Assembly: GCF_009914755.1 (NCBI RefSeq)
Contig: NC_060935.1
Direction: 5' to 3' (one strand)
DNA: 64,000 nucleotides
From: the human T2T-CHM13v2.0 reference genome, Homo sapiens
The translations under genes and the position numbers were made by a program. Shown in pieces: positions 27,761-53,230 of this stretch. The stretch's first letter is position 1, and each line of letters begins with the position of its first letter. The notes under the pieces are model-generated. The model saw nothing but the letters and a program-made list of their open reading frames with translations, was not told the DNA's origin and searched no databases.

Positions 27761-30700
27761 CCAACCACAGAATCAGGAAGCCAAGAACCAGGACTGAGGG
27801 CTTTTCAGAAACCATCCCCTGGAGGACTGCCCCATATTTTCACTCCCAAAAACCCCTTAGATGACTCCCTGCCTCACCCCCGCCCCCCAGGTTCTGAAAG
27901 AGCCTTCCCGCCAGACTGCATTGATTAACCATTCATTGCCCCATTTTTTATTAATCAAAGACATATATAATTGCTCATCGGAGCTTGTGATCAGCGTGAG
28001 GCCTTACTAAGCAGCTGCCTTACTATCCTTCCAGCCCAGAGCACGTGAGCTGACGTCTTCTTTGGCCTGTGTGGCCGTTTCCTTGCCAAAAGCTCAGTTT
28101 GGGGAGAGCTTCTTGCGTATTAGATGCAGTCTGCAGACTCCCAACCCCAGCTACCTGGATCCCCTGAGGGCCCAGGAACTCCAGCTATTCCAAGCCCACT
28201 CCTCTTTTTTTTAAGAGGAAGAAATAGAGGTTACGATAGGGGACAGCCAGAACTGAGGATTTTCCAGCTCACCACCAAAGCACAAAAGATAAAAGTCTGC
28301 AACCACCCTAGTGACTTGACTGAATGGAGGAAGGGTGGCTGGGGTCCTGTACCCCAAGCTACTCACTAGTTATACAACCTGAGGCAAGCTCTTTGGCTGC
28401 CCCACCTGTAAGACGAGGACAATAGTACCTTAATTATAGGAATTGTCATAAAAGAAGTATAAGATGGGTGTATGAGGTCCCTGCATGGCGCAGGTGCTAT
28501 AGGCAGATTGTAGGGTAGTAGATTTTCTAGTCTGCAGTTATGTAGACAGAGCCAGAGAAGCAGCTCTGGGGAGGAATTTCAAAGGAACTTGCCCACGGTC
28601 ATTCTACAAAGCTGCAGTACCTTCCCAACTCTGAAACGTATGCTCTCATCACCCCGTCTTAACAAACATTTGGACATTAGAGAAAACAAGTCTTTTCTTA
28701 AAATAACATTATTTATGGGAGAAAATCCACAAAAATATAGCATCCCAGGACAAACAGGGCTTAAGATGCAAGATTTTCTATTTTACTGCAAGACACAAAG
28801 ACTCTGAAATTAATGCATGCCCTATCTTCTGCTCTGGCATACATTTTAGTCTCCTGGGGGGATCAGTAAGTGTGGAAGTAGCAAGGGAGAAACAGAAAAA
28901 AGTCAAAGTAAAGAGACAGATTTTAGAATGTTAATCTGCAGGAGCCTGCCAGAAAGATCTAGCTCATGGGCTATCTGTACATCCAGGACTGAAGCACGGG
29001 ACACGGGGCAGGTCGTCCAGGGTTCTGTCCACCTTATCTTGTTACCTCTCTTGACTCTTAGAGCCTCCACTCCACATCTCCCATCAATGTCTGCAGAAGA
29101 CGTGGCCTCCACTAACACAAGTCTTACTGAACTGATGGGACAGGAAATTAGAATATCCTCTGAACCATTCCCATGTTCTTTGGTTCGAATTCCAGCAGCT
29201 AGAAAAGGCAGATGCTATTCTGATCACTCTCCTGCGTGGCTCCAATGAGGATTAATGAGTAACATCAGAGAGAGAAGTGATTATAATAAGGTCTGACGGT
29301 GCACCCGATGTCTTCATCCTTTTCTCTTCGCCTCCTTCCTCATCATCTCACACCTTTTTTTTTTTAATTGACTGATTGGTTCAACAAATACATGTGGTAC
29401 CTCAGGCTCTGTGCCAAGTGCCGGGATTCGTAGAGAAGAGATTCAGTGCCTGCTCTCAAGGGGCTCATTCTCTTGTGGGAGAGACAGACAAAGAAACCCA
29501 AGATTTCTGGAGTGTGGGAATGGTCTTCCAGGCAGATGCTAGCACAGCACATTGAAAGGCACGGAACCTCAACAAAACAATAACATTTAGGAACCAGCTA
29601 GAGCACAGGGTGGTGAAGAAAGTGGAAAGATTTGAGGCCAGCGTCGCCATCTAAGTGAGGGCATTAAGAATTCAGCCCACATCAATCAATCATGTCCTAT
29701 TGATTTCACCCCTTAATATCTCTCCTATCTATCCGTGGCCACTGCTCTATGCAGACACTCATCATCTCTCACAGAGGCATCATCTGCTTCCAAGCCATCG
29801 CCATTCTCCTGCAAGAGTTTATTTCCATGGTTCCCACTGGATGGCTTCACTTAACTGCTCAAAACCCTTCTGAGGTCCAGTCAACTGGCTGGTAAGGACC
29901 AGTCCAGGGTCTGGGGATGCCAGCCATGAGACATTGCTTTGAGGGGAAGAGGGAGCATAGAACTGGATCTCCTGCATCCTACTGCCCAAGTACCAATGCT
30001 GGAGGTGGTTTTCCTTCCCATCATCAGCAAGTCTGGATATCCAGGATCCACCCTATGGATGTTTTTATGGACAGAGTGGGAAGATGGATATGTTTAGGTT
30101 AGGGAAAGAGGGTTTGCCAAAGAGGGCAGTATAAGTGAGCTGCACTCCATCATTCCCCTGGCACAAACAATGGCTAGTATCCTCTAGTCCTCAAGAGCAC
30201 CACCTTCCAATGCAGTCCCTGCCTGTCCACAGACCTCTCTCCTCAAACTTCCTCTGAACAACCTCAGCGAGGGCAATTGCCACTCTCTGGGCAGAGTCCA
30301 GATATTCTCTCCTACCCTCTGACATCACTTTCTAAATTTGTATATGTAGATAAACTCTGAGCCATTCACATAAAGGGCTTTGATTTCGGATACGCCAAAC
30401 ACATAAACAAACAAACATAAGCTTTCCTTTCACAATGGGCTCATGTAAATTAAAATGTTTGGTTTTCCACCTACGGTCTTGAAAGGGGTTTCTACAGCCT
30501 GTTTTGGAAGTCAGAAAGCAAAAGGTAAATGCAAACATCATTTCACCTGCAGAGAAAATTCTAATCCTCTTGAGGCAGTGCCAAAAATAATACAAGCACA
30601 CTGCTATCGAGCCAATTACTGGTATCTCTGAGCTTCCGTCTCCTCATCTATAAAATTGGAATCGAGCTGTATGGATTAAAGATAATGTATGAAAACTGCC

Positions 30701-31822
30701 CAATTAGTACACTATTAATAAATAGCAGCTACTGTTGTTAACAAATATTATTGACTTACTGGAAAACAAAGAGGAAATAAAGTCACATTTAGGGAGAATT
30801 TCAAAGTGTTCCTAACCTAAAAAAGAAATAAATTAGGGGGAAAACCACTAAGTAATGGGTGAGCTCAGTTTACCTTGCTTAAGAAGTCCCACCCTAGAGA
30901 ACTGATCTCTAGATGACACCCAAATGCACTCAGTACAACCCCCCAAGACTGTCTGGGCTTAAGGCAGGGGCTTGGATTGTCCTGTAAGCTGTGGGAAGTC
31001 TGTTCATGAGCCACAGTAGACAGGAAGGGGATGGAGTCTTAGAGCTGGCTCTTCAGGGTATCTCCTAGTGTGTTCAAAGCAGTTCTCAGGAGGGTGGGGA
31101 ACTACTACATAGCCAAGTAAATATGAGGCCTCCTTGCTCTGGGGAGACCTTTCTCTTTAACAGAGGTGAATCTGAAAGGATACCCAAAGAGGCACTGGAG
31201 GGTGGGGGCCACTCTGGCCCCTCAGAGCAGCCAGCTCAGCTTCAGTGGATGCTAGAGGCAGCAGAGGATCAGCCTGGATCAGCCTCCCTTTCACCATGCA
31301 GAAAACAGAGCTCCCCCACCAGACCAGATACTGGAAGCACTGGGCCAGGCCTAAGAGAAAGCAGAGCCCCAAGCCCCACCACACCAGGGCTTATGAGGCT
31401 ACTGCTACCCACCCTCCCAAGCCCCAGCTCCACTTCTATGTTCATCAAGCAACTGTTTACTGGTAACTGCACTTCCCGATAGACTTTGCTAGAAAGGAAT
31501 GCCTCAGTGCACTGACAATATCTAAACCTGCAACTCTAAGGACTAGGCTGGGGAACACTGTGTCAACATGGAGGCACGTCCTACCCCTGAGAAGAAAAAT
31601 AAGGAATATCAATAATACCTGCTGGGCACTGAGCACTGACTATGTATCTGATTCGAAGCGCTTTTTGCTTAATCTGTCACTGAATCTCACGATAGGTGTT
31701 GTTATTAGCATCTATTATCTGGGCCAACTGAGGCCTAGAGGGACGAAGCAACTCCCCCAACATCACCAGGTAGCAGTGTCAGGACTGGGATAGAAACCTG
31801 ATGCTCTGACTGAAACTAATGC

Positions 31823-32132
<310 letters not shown>

Positions 32133-34809
32133 AGCTGATGCTCTTAATCTGTGCCCTACCCAGCCTTCCTGGGAGGCTTCCCAAGAGCTACACAGAGCAT
32201 GAGTTCTGGAATCGGGTTGATGGGGGTACCAGTTATTACTAATAGGAATGAAGATGGGTAATTCTTTCAGACAGCACCCTTGATTAAAACAAGAGAGTAG
32301 TGCTGCCTCTCTGTGATTCTGTGTCTCCCTGCCCTGCTCACACAGACACCACACCCACCCACACGCATGATCATGAAAAGAGGAAATGGATCCAGGAGAA
32401 GGAGACGACTCCTGAGTGAAAACAACGGGGTTTTTCACATTGAGAGCTTTGCCCAACACCCCAAAGATGAAAAGAGCAGGAAACTGCTGGGGCCGATTGA
32501 ACACTGGACTTTTGTTGTGGAAAAAGGCAAAGGGAAGCCGGAAGAGACTGGAACAGTTTCCATGGTGCTGGAGGATGGGGAAGTGGGTAGGGATTAGCTG
32601 GAGGGAGAAGGAGAAGCTGGGGTGGAGGGGAACCTCCACTTGCCAGGAGAGCACATGTAGGATGGGAACCCCAGATGATACTCAAGGCATGGCATTAGAC
32701 CAGAAGCAAGTCTGTGGTGAAATTAGGGAAGGCTCCACTGCGGACTGTAGACAGAGCACTGGACAAGGAAGTGGGAGACCCAGGGTCCAGTCCTGGCTCT
32801 GGAGCCCCCTGGGTGGGCTGCCCCGGGCACCTTTCTCTCTTGGGGCCTCCATTCCTACCTCTGTGAAGCGAGTGCTGAACCTCTCTTAGCCCTGACTTGC
32901 TGAAATGCTGGGACTCTGTACAGAGGCTGACATTAAGCAGGGATCTGTGGTGGGGTGCTGCAATGTTCCTCCAGATGCTGCACGGGAGAGGGCAGAAAAG
33001 GCCTATATGGTGAGTCCGCCCTGGGAGCCTCTGCTTGGAAGCTGAAGTGGCCTGAGAGTGACTCAGAAACCACGGAAGTTCCCGGGGCTGATGGGTTCTT
33101 ATAGATTGTACATGCAGCTCTCCTCGTGGGCTGCAAAACCGCAAGATGGGCTGTGACCACTCTCAAGGAAAGAGCCCTATCTGCAAAAAGCATTCTGCCC
33201 TCCAGGTCTTAAAGCAAACACAGACTCAATCCTTATTCCTTTTAAGACAAAATTGCCTCAGGGGCATCAGGGAGGCAGCAGGCCTCAAATGTGTGCCTTT
33301 CTAGAATTCTCAATGAAAGCACCCTTTTGGGTATTAATAATGACAACAGTAATGACAGTCATTTACTGAGTGCTGCTTTTGGGACAGGCATTGGGCTAAG
33401 AGCTATATGTAATATATATTATTATTTGATGCCCACAGCCACCCCATAAGGAGGCGGAGGTACTATCATTATGCCAACTTTAAAGATGAAGAAACTGAGG
33501 CCTCAAGAGATGAAGTAACTTGGCCAAGTCACTCAGCCAGTAAATGGGAAGAGATAGACTTCCCAGTATCCAGAGCCCATGTTTTCACCATTATGCTGAA
33601 GTACCTCTTTTCCTGTGCCAATGTGATCTGCCTCCAGGAATCCTGTCTTGATGTTCCCTTCCCCATACAGAAGTCCTCTCTGTGTCCTCTTCAGCCTGAT
33701 AGTATATCTTTTCATACCATTCTTTGGACATCTCTGTTATACTACTCCAATGGTGTTCCCTCCCCTACCCCTCCCTGGGAGCTTAGTTGTTGTGATTAAG
33801 TATAGGGGAAATGACCCACACTAAACAAACTCATAAGAGACTGATTGATAAACCTGAAATGCAATTTATTAATTAACACTGAGAAATGAAACCACCCAGC
33901 AGATGGGAATCCTAAGGCTGACTGGTCAGCACAATCTCTTTCAGGAAGGACAGGCTTTTGGGAAAGGAAATCAATACCAGAAGGTTCTTTGTTGAGTACA
34001 AAGTCAGAGGGAAGGGAGTTGATGGATTGACACATAGGTGAAGCTTGACATACCTCTATAAAGCCTCCATCCTGCCAAGGATCAGAATATCCAAGGCAGG
34101 GAGCCATCTGGGTGTCCTCTCCTTTGGACAGTGCTGGATTTTTCTGGATCCTATGAAGATCTTACCTTTCTGGCTGCATTTATCATGATTGTGGAAGGCT
34201 TTTTGTTTCCTTGTTTGCTTAGATTAATTTCTGCGTATTTAATAGAACTGAAAGGCAATTTCCCATTGAGACCCACTGAAGAGGAATAATCAATACATAC
34301 TAGTTGTGTTGCCCTTTGCAGAGAATTCACTTCTGTGTTGTCACTGTATCCTCATGCTTCCTTATAATGGAGGGACAGAGATGGTAAAAACATGGACTTG
34401 GAAGCCAGACCGTCTGGGTTTGAATCCTGGCTCTGTTACTTATAAGCTCTGCAACCTCGGGCAGATTACCTAAGTCAGTTTCCCCTTCTCTGAATTGGGG
34501 ATAATAATAGCACCCACCTCAACATCTGTCAAGAGGATTCAATGAGGGAATACACATAAAGTGCTCAGAACAGTGTCTGCCATCTGGTAAGCAGTCAATA
34601 CTTGTTAGCGATGATTAATAATTCATTTCATAGATGAAAAAACTGAAGCCTAGAGAGATAAAAAGTCAACTAAGATCATACAGCCAGTAAGTGGTGAAGA
34701 TATCATTGAAAATCAAACTGGCATCCTTTAAGCACTAAAGTCTTTCCACAGACTAGTTTCTTACCCATTCGCTTTCATAACAAGCTGAAGGAGAGCTTGT
34801 TTAAAAATC

Positions 34810-36990
<2,181 letters not shown>

Positions 36991-37644
36991 ATACTTTAAT
37001 TTTAAAATGGATTTTAGATTCCTGAGCTCTACCCACAGAGATAACTGATGGTCCGGGTGCAGTTCAGGGGTGACTATTGGGAGAGCTCTGAACTGTGCCT
37101 TCTTTCTTCCCAAGTTTGCTCCCCATTCTGTATGGTCAGTCATTCTTGAATTCACCCTAAAACCAAATTTTTCAAGGATGGAGAACAGCCAACTTTAATC
37201 TTACTTCTCTGGGATTTGAAAAAGCAAATTCCTGTTCATAAAGGTACCCACAGTGTGGGACGTCATCAAACAGAGCTTCTTCCTAATAACGGCGGCGGTG
37301 TTGTAAGGTGTGTTAACAATCTCAGAACTTGAACCGCTCTTGGTTTTAAGATGCCAAGTAGCTTAATGGTTTCCTATCACTAGGAATTGGAGCATCTCTG
37401 TTTTCATAATACTTCCCCACATCCCAAACACCACTCACTTGCCCTCTCCTAGTGTGAACAGAACCCAGCCCAGGCCTGGAACTGCTGTCTCCATTTTGAG
37501 AGGCTGAATCTTGTAAGGACTGGGGGTCCTGACTCCCTAAGTGGAACAGTGTCCTCCCTGGGGGAAAACTTATGAAGATCATAAGAGTCCTAGACACAAA
37601 CGGCCCAAGCTTCCACAAAATGCACATTATCCCCTTTCCTCTCA

Positions 37645-38009
<365 letters not shown>

Positions 38010-39324
38010 CTAATATGAACTCAAGACCCTGCTGGCTCCTCCCTATACCCCTCCCGGAGCCTCAGTTTCCATTCTTCATAGCTGAACATGGGCTGTGGGA
38101 TGCTGATTCCTGTTGGAAAGAAAGGGAAGGGACAGAATAATCACTCCTATTTACACGGTTCTCTAGAGTTTGCAAAGCAAAGCACTTCCACATCCCCTCC
38201 CTGAGCCCCCCCCAACTCCATTGCCACCCCCACGCTCCAGCCCCCGCAAGCCTGAAGTCATGTAGGAAGCGTCCTTTAGGCTGGGCTTGGCCTTGCTTTT
38301 CGTTTGGTTTCGGAGTCCCCGGTGAGAAGCAGATACCTCCAAGGAGTAACTAGTCAGGTGTCATCCCACACCTGGTAAGTATTTGGGATCAGGGGAAGTG
38401 ATACCTAAGAGGCAGCACAGAGAAATTAAGTGATTAGGCACACGCCTAGCGCCAGAGCAGGTGAGTGGCGCAGGGATGGGGAGTGATACCCAGACTCCAT
38501 GTTGCAGTCAGAGGCCCAAGGCTTTTGGAAGAGCAGACCCAGGTTAATTATGTGCAATCTCATAGTGCCATTAGTTGACAAGTCAGAGACAGAGCCTTTC
38601 TTTCTTCTACCAAAGCCAGGCAGCTAGGGCAGCCAGAACACCTGGGCTGCAGCAAGAAGGAAGCCTTCCTGTATGCTCCACCCTCAACCGTGGAGCAGCT
38701 GGACAGGCCTCCCTACACTGCAGCTTGGGCTGGTTGTGGCTGGACTTGTCTAACCCTCTAACTTGTGCACCTCAAAGTCAGGGCTCCTCAATATTTTCTC
38801 TACCCCTGACAGGGTCCACCATTAAGCCATATTAAGGGACAAAGGAGAGACCTGAAGTCAAATCTGAAAATTTCAGATAAAGCAAGCCACCCAACAAAGA
38901 GGTCCAAAGTACATGATGGGATTGGAGAAATGCTGACAAGCGAAACTCGGAGAAGCCAAGCTGGCAGATTGATCTGGAAAGGTCAACAGGAACGAACGGC
39001 TATAATGAGGCTCAGTCTGTACATCACCAAGCCAATGGATTGGGTCCAGCGAGGATGCAAGATGTATTGAGTGTGGTGTGCCTCTTCTGCACACACCTGC
39101 GGCTCCCTGGGATTCGGGATGGGGAGGGACTGAGAGCTGTGACAAACCAGGTCAGGCCACAGACTCTGGATTTAGGACAATCAAAAAGTACACATACCTG
39201 GGGGAAGTGTCCAGGGAGGCTGGAAACTGACCCTGAGGCAAGACTGGAGGTGTCTAGGCCCACTGCTGCGGGCACTGGCTTGACAGTGCTTTTGAGAAAA
39301 ACACAAAGTCTACACTGTTTGTCG

Positions 39325-41035
<1,711 letters not shown>

Positions 41036-41363
41036 TCCTCAGCCTTTCTGCTCCTCACTGCCCTGTAGCAGAGTCCACTGGGTCCTCAGTGCCCAGCTGA
41101 GCTTGTGCAGGAAGCCCCAGCTCTGGGTCTTACTGCCTCACCCCTAACCAACTCCTACCGTACTTCAGGGCATGGCTCAAATGTCACTTCCCAAAGGACA
41201 TTGTTCCTGATCACCAGACTGGCACAAGTACTCTCCCGTGGCCCATACTTCTTCATCATAGAATTTATCCCTGCTTATAATTACATGTTTGTGTTTGGCT
41301 TACTTGATTTCTGAGCTTTCCCCCCATCATGCACGTACATAAACACACACATACACATAGACA

Positions 41364-44785
<3,422 letters not shown>

Positions 44786-45446
44786 TGAGCGGTCTCACCA
44801 CTGCTCTATCCTGTCCTTATGCATCACCCCATACCAGCTCCCTTACTCTCATAACTGCCTTATGAACTATGTGTTATCCCCGTTCTAGAAATAAGGAAAT
44901 AAAGTCCTAGAGAGGTGAAAGAACTTGGGCTCAGTGAAGCCATTGAAATACGTCATGACTGAAAAACTACCTCTGAAACTACCCCAATTCGTGGATTGCT
45001 TAAAAAAGAAAACTTAAACTCTATAAAATTTTATTGTGCCTCAGATTTTTCTCTAACAACATGCACACTCCCTCATAACAATATGAGGGCAGGGACCTTT
45101 AGTCACTTATTCAGCAACTGTGGGTGGAGTGACTGTTGTATGCCAGGGACTAAGCCAGGGGCTGCAGACACCACACTAAATAAAAAGGCAAAAATTTCTA
45201 TTCTCATGGAGTTTACATTCTAGTAGAGGAAGACAGACAATACACAGTAAGCCTAGTAAATAAATAACTTACGTAGTATGTTAGGAGGTCTTGAGTGCTA
45301 TGGGGAAGAAAAAGTAGAGCTGAGTGGGCCAGGTGGAGGAGTAGAGTATGGAGGTCAGGGAGGCCTCATTGAAAAGGGAAACTGGCTGGGCGCCGTGGCT
45401 CACGCCTGTAATCCCAGCACTGTGGGAGGCCGAAGCGGGCGGATCA

Positions 45447-45785
<339 letters not shown>

Positions 45786-46279
45786 CTAGATCTCCAGCCC
45801 CTGGCCCCGTGCTCAGCACCCAGTAGTTGTTTCATAAATTATTAAACAGATGAGCCAGGAGCAGTGGCTCATGCCTACAATCCCAGCATTTTGGGAGGCA
45901 AAGGCAGGCATATTGCTTGAGTTCAGGAATTCCAGACTAGCATGGGCATCATGACGAAACCCCATCTCTACAAAAAATGCAAAAATTAACTGAGCGTGGT
46001 GGCATGCACCTTTAGTTCTAGCTACTTGGGAGGCTGAGGTAGGAGGATCACTTGAGCATGGGAGGGTCACTTGAGCCTGGGAGGTTGAGGCTGCCATGAG
46101 CCATGATCAAACCACTGCACTCCAGTCTGGGTGACAGAGTGAGAATGTCTTAAAATAAAATTTAAAAAAAATCAAAAACCAGATGAATAGGTAGATAAAT
46201 GGATGGACAGTCTTTCTTTTTCTACATTTGATGTCCAACCAAGACACTGTGACCTGGACCTAGGGATATGGGATAGACA

Positions 46280-47170
<891 letters not shown>

Positions 47171-47592
47171 GGACATTCCTTCCACTCCCACTGTGTGCTG
47201 ATTTGATAAGTGTCACCCTCGCAGGTCAACTTTTCGCTTTTTGAGTGGTCTCACCATTGCTCTATCCTGTCCTTATGCACCACCCGGTACCAGCTCCCTT
47301 AATCTCACAACCACCTTAGAAAATATGTGTTATCCCTCTTCTAGAAACAAGGAAATAAAGTCCTAGAGAGGCGAGGGAACTTGGGCTCAGTGAAGCCACT
47401 GAAATATATCTTGACTGAAAAACTATCTCTGAAACCATCACCAACTACTGGTCAGAGAAAGGAGAAGATAACATCTTCTACTGAAAAAAGAAAAAGAGAG
47501 GGAGTCCCTAGGTCCCAAAGGTGTGTGGAAGCGGCATTCAGACCTTGACATCTTAAGCTCTCCCACCTGGGTCCACTGATGCTGAGCCTGGA

Positions 47593-49082
<1,490 letters not shown>

Positions 49083-49565
49083 CCATCGGGAAGTGCCTGT
49101 GGGGCTGGTGTGGACATGTGGGTGAAGGTGGCACTGGGAGAAGTTAGGATTCTCCATGACCTCTGTTACTCATATTCCCACACTCCTCAAATTAGCCTGA
49201 GTCTCGAGGACAGTCTGATGGCTGGGCAAACCCTGCGGCAAACCATTCCCCAGCCCTGCCCTCTCAACCAGAGTCCTTCCGATACATGATTCTGGGCAGC
49301 TGTTGTTACCCGTGTCCTCCATGTTCTTCCAGAGATATCCATGCATGCATCGGCATATGTGTATAATTATTATATCTATATTTCATCCCACAAGCTTTTG
49401 ACATCAATAGTAGCATATTATTAAATTGTTCTGTACATTATTTTATTAACTTGGTATCTCTGGTACTGCTCAATATAAGAACACATAGACCTGGCCAGGC
49501 ACAGTGGCTCACATCTGTAATCCCAGCATTTTGGGAGGCTGAGATGGGTGGATCACTTGAGGTCA

Positions 49566-49888
<323 letters not shown>

Positions 49889-50214
49889 TCAGCATCATAT
49901 GAAACTTACAAACAAGGTTGCATTGACTATCCATCTGTAAATGTCTTTTTGAACATTTCTAGAATAATTGCAGGATAAACTCCTAAAATGAGAATTTCTG
50001 GGTCAAAGAGGATATGCATTTTACATTTAATAGATATTTGTCAAATTGTCTTCCAAAGTGGTCGTACCAATTAACACCCCGACCTGTAATGAATGAGAGT
50101 GCCTTTTTTCCCCACACCCTGGAGAGATGAAAAATTTATGGGCCCACTTTGGAGTGCATGGTGGAGGAAGCTGTTGGCCGTTATATAACCCTCGTCATTA
50201 ATAAGCCTGGGGGT

Positions 50215-50875
<661 letters not shown>

Positions 50876-51902
50876 CTAGGCAACAGAGGAAGACCATGTT
50901 TCTAAAAGAAATAAATTAAATAAAATAAATAAAAATAAAAAGACTGAAAAGCAGAGTGGTAAGAGAAAGGACTTTGGGGCTCAACAGTACTAGCCTTGAA
51001 CCCTGGCTGTTACTTACCCATCGTGTGATAAGCAAATGCCTTAACCCCTGTGTGCCTCACTTTCTTAACATATAAAATAGAAGTAAAAATCATACCCACT
51101 TCAAGGGTCATTATAAAAAGCCAATAGAGATAATGTATATAAAGCTTCTGGAATAATGCCTGGCACACAGTAGGAGTTTAATAACTGGAAATTCATTGTT
51201 GTAGTGGGCAGCCTTCTGAATCTGTGTCCTCTTTGTCCACTAATGGCTTTGATCTGGATTTGGCTCAGGCAAGACCTGGGGAAGGGCAGAGACTGAGGGC
51301 AACTGGAGGTATAGGGTGGTCTGAGCTTCCCCAGCAGAGTGAGGCTGGGAAAGGTCTGGGAGACAGACCAGGCAGGTGCTGATAAGACCGGAATGGGAGG
51401 CTGGAGCATAAGGCAGTTCAGTTTTTCCCAAAGGGGGGTGTACAAAACGATCTCGTATGACTCCTTTATACTGTTAATGTTTTCATTTTATCGCGCACTG
51501 AAAAACAAAACCAACATATTTAATGAATGATTCCAAGGGGATTCTTGCTTTTACAAAAAATGCTAAAGTAGGCATTCACATGTTTAAAAATTGAGTTGAT
51601 TTAAATTTTAAAATTACTAAGTCATAGTACATAATGTGTGAGCCACAGCTATCCCCAAAATCATGATAGCGATACATTAATGACTGAAGTTCTTTAAACA
51701 TCAACATACAATGCCAATTCCAGAATTCAGCTCAAATTCTGCAATTACACAGGCTGGGGTTGAAACCCAGCTTTTTTGCTAACTGTGTAAAATTAGGCAG
51801 GAGGGCTAACCTCGCTGAATCTCAGATGTCTAGTCTGTAAATTGAAGATAATGTTTGTTTTTATCTCACAGAGTTGTTGTGAAGATTCAATAAAATCACA
51901 AC

Positions 51903-52138
51903 ATGTGAGGATGATCTGGCTGTGACACCTGTCACCCCACTGATCTCCAGAGTTGATTCGGCTGATCAGGCTGGCTGGGCAGGTGTCCCCTTTCTCCCTC
52001 ACCACTCCGCATGCATTCCTCCCGAAACTGCACACTTGGTCAAAGAGGAAGACCTTTCCTGATAGAGGAGGACCATTCTTCAGTCAAGGGTATATGAGCA
52101 CCTGTTCTGTCCTGCCAGAATCTCCGAAGGAGCTCTCA
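51903..52138 (+). pseudogene. RN7SKP259: 7SK snRNA retropseudogene, nt ~3-238, 3'-truncated (probably RN7SKP259; symbol from memory)
   Basis: Colinear ungapped match to remembered 7SK (ATGTGAGG.GATCTGGCTG...AGCTCTCA), ~83% identity by hand count; TSD taaaatcacaa at 51891-51901 and 52140-52150. Confidence 0.93.
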
Positions 52139-52439
52139 GTAAAATCACAAGATTTTATTGTGCATGGTAGCATGAGCCTGTAATCCCAGCTACTCAGGAG
52201 GCCGAGCTAGGAGGACTGCTTGAGCCCAGGAGTTTGAGACCAGCCTGCGCAACATAGTGAGACCCTGTCTCAAAAAAAAGAAAGAAAGAAAGAAAAGAAT
52301 AATAATAGTAATAAATCACCTGTGCAACGTGCTCACTTCTCTCTTTGGAATGTAGTAAGTGTACCTAATAAATGTGATCATTGTAATCATCACAGTGAGC
52401 ACAGGCTAAAGCATCTTGACTTTATTCTATAAGCAATAA

Positions 52440-53230
52440 AAGAGGATTTGTTTTTACAGAACTCATTATGTTGTGAAAATAATTTTCCAACATTAACAAA
52501 GAACATTCTTCAAGTAAAAGGAAAACCACCCATCATTCTCCCAACCTTCAATAATTTTCAATTTTGCATATTCTCCAGACTTTGTCAACATGAATACTTA
52601 CTTTACATGGTCGCAATCAGTGTTCATGCAAATTCTTTTATCCTGACTTTTATAAACAAATATGATGTTATAAACCGGTCTCCATGTTTCTGCATATTCT
52701 TTATAATTATCATTTTGTGGCTGCATAATATTGCATTGACTATGTTAACTGCAGTTTTCTTAACCATTTCACTGTCTGGGGAAATGGAGGATAATGCCAG
52801 GGTCATGCCTGGAGCTTTTTTTTGTCTATTGCATTATATTCTTAAGATCAAATCCCAGCAGTGAGATTAGTCAGTCAAAAAGTAATAATATTTTCAAGGC
52901 TCTTGTTATATTTTACTAGATTGTTTTCCAGAGTTTTGCACACTGCTCCCAGAGATGTAGGAACACAGACGTCATCCAACCTTGCCAGTGCTGGGTGATG
53001 GTGTTTATAAACTTCTGCTAATTTAATAAGTATGAAATGCTATCCTCACACGGCTTTCATTTCTATCTCTTTGATCATTAACAGGTTGAACTATTTTCCA
53101 AGTATTTGTTTACTCTCTGCATACCCTCTTGGGTGAAGTAGTCATCCACTTCCTTCACCTGTTTATCTGTTGAAGTCTTGAGGCTTGTTTTATAAATGTG
53201 AGCGAGCACTTCAGAGTCAATAGACATTAA
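52440..53230 (-). mobile_element. Old L1ME-like fragment
   Basis: T-rich degenerate L1 3' sequence. Confidence 0.5.
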
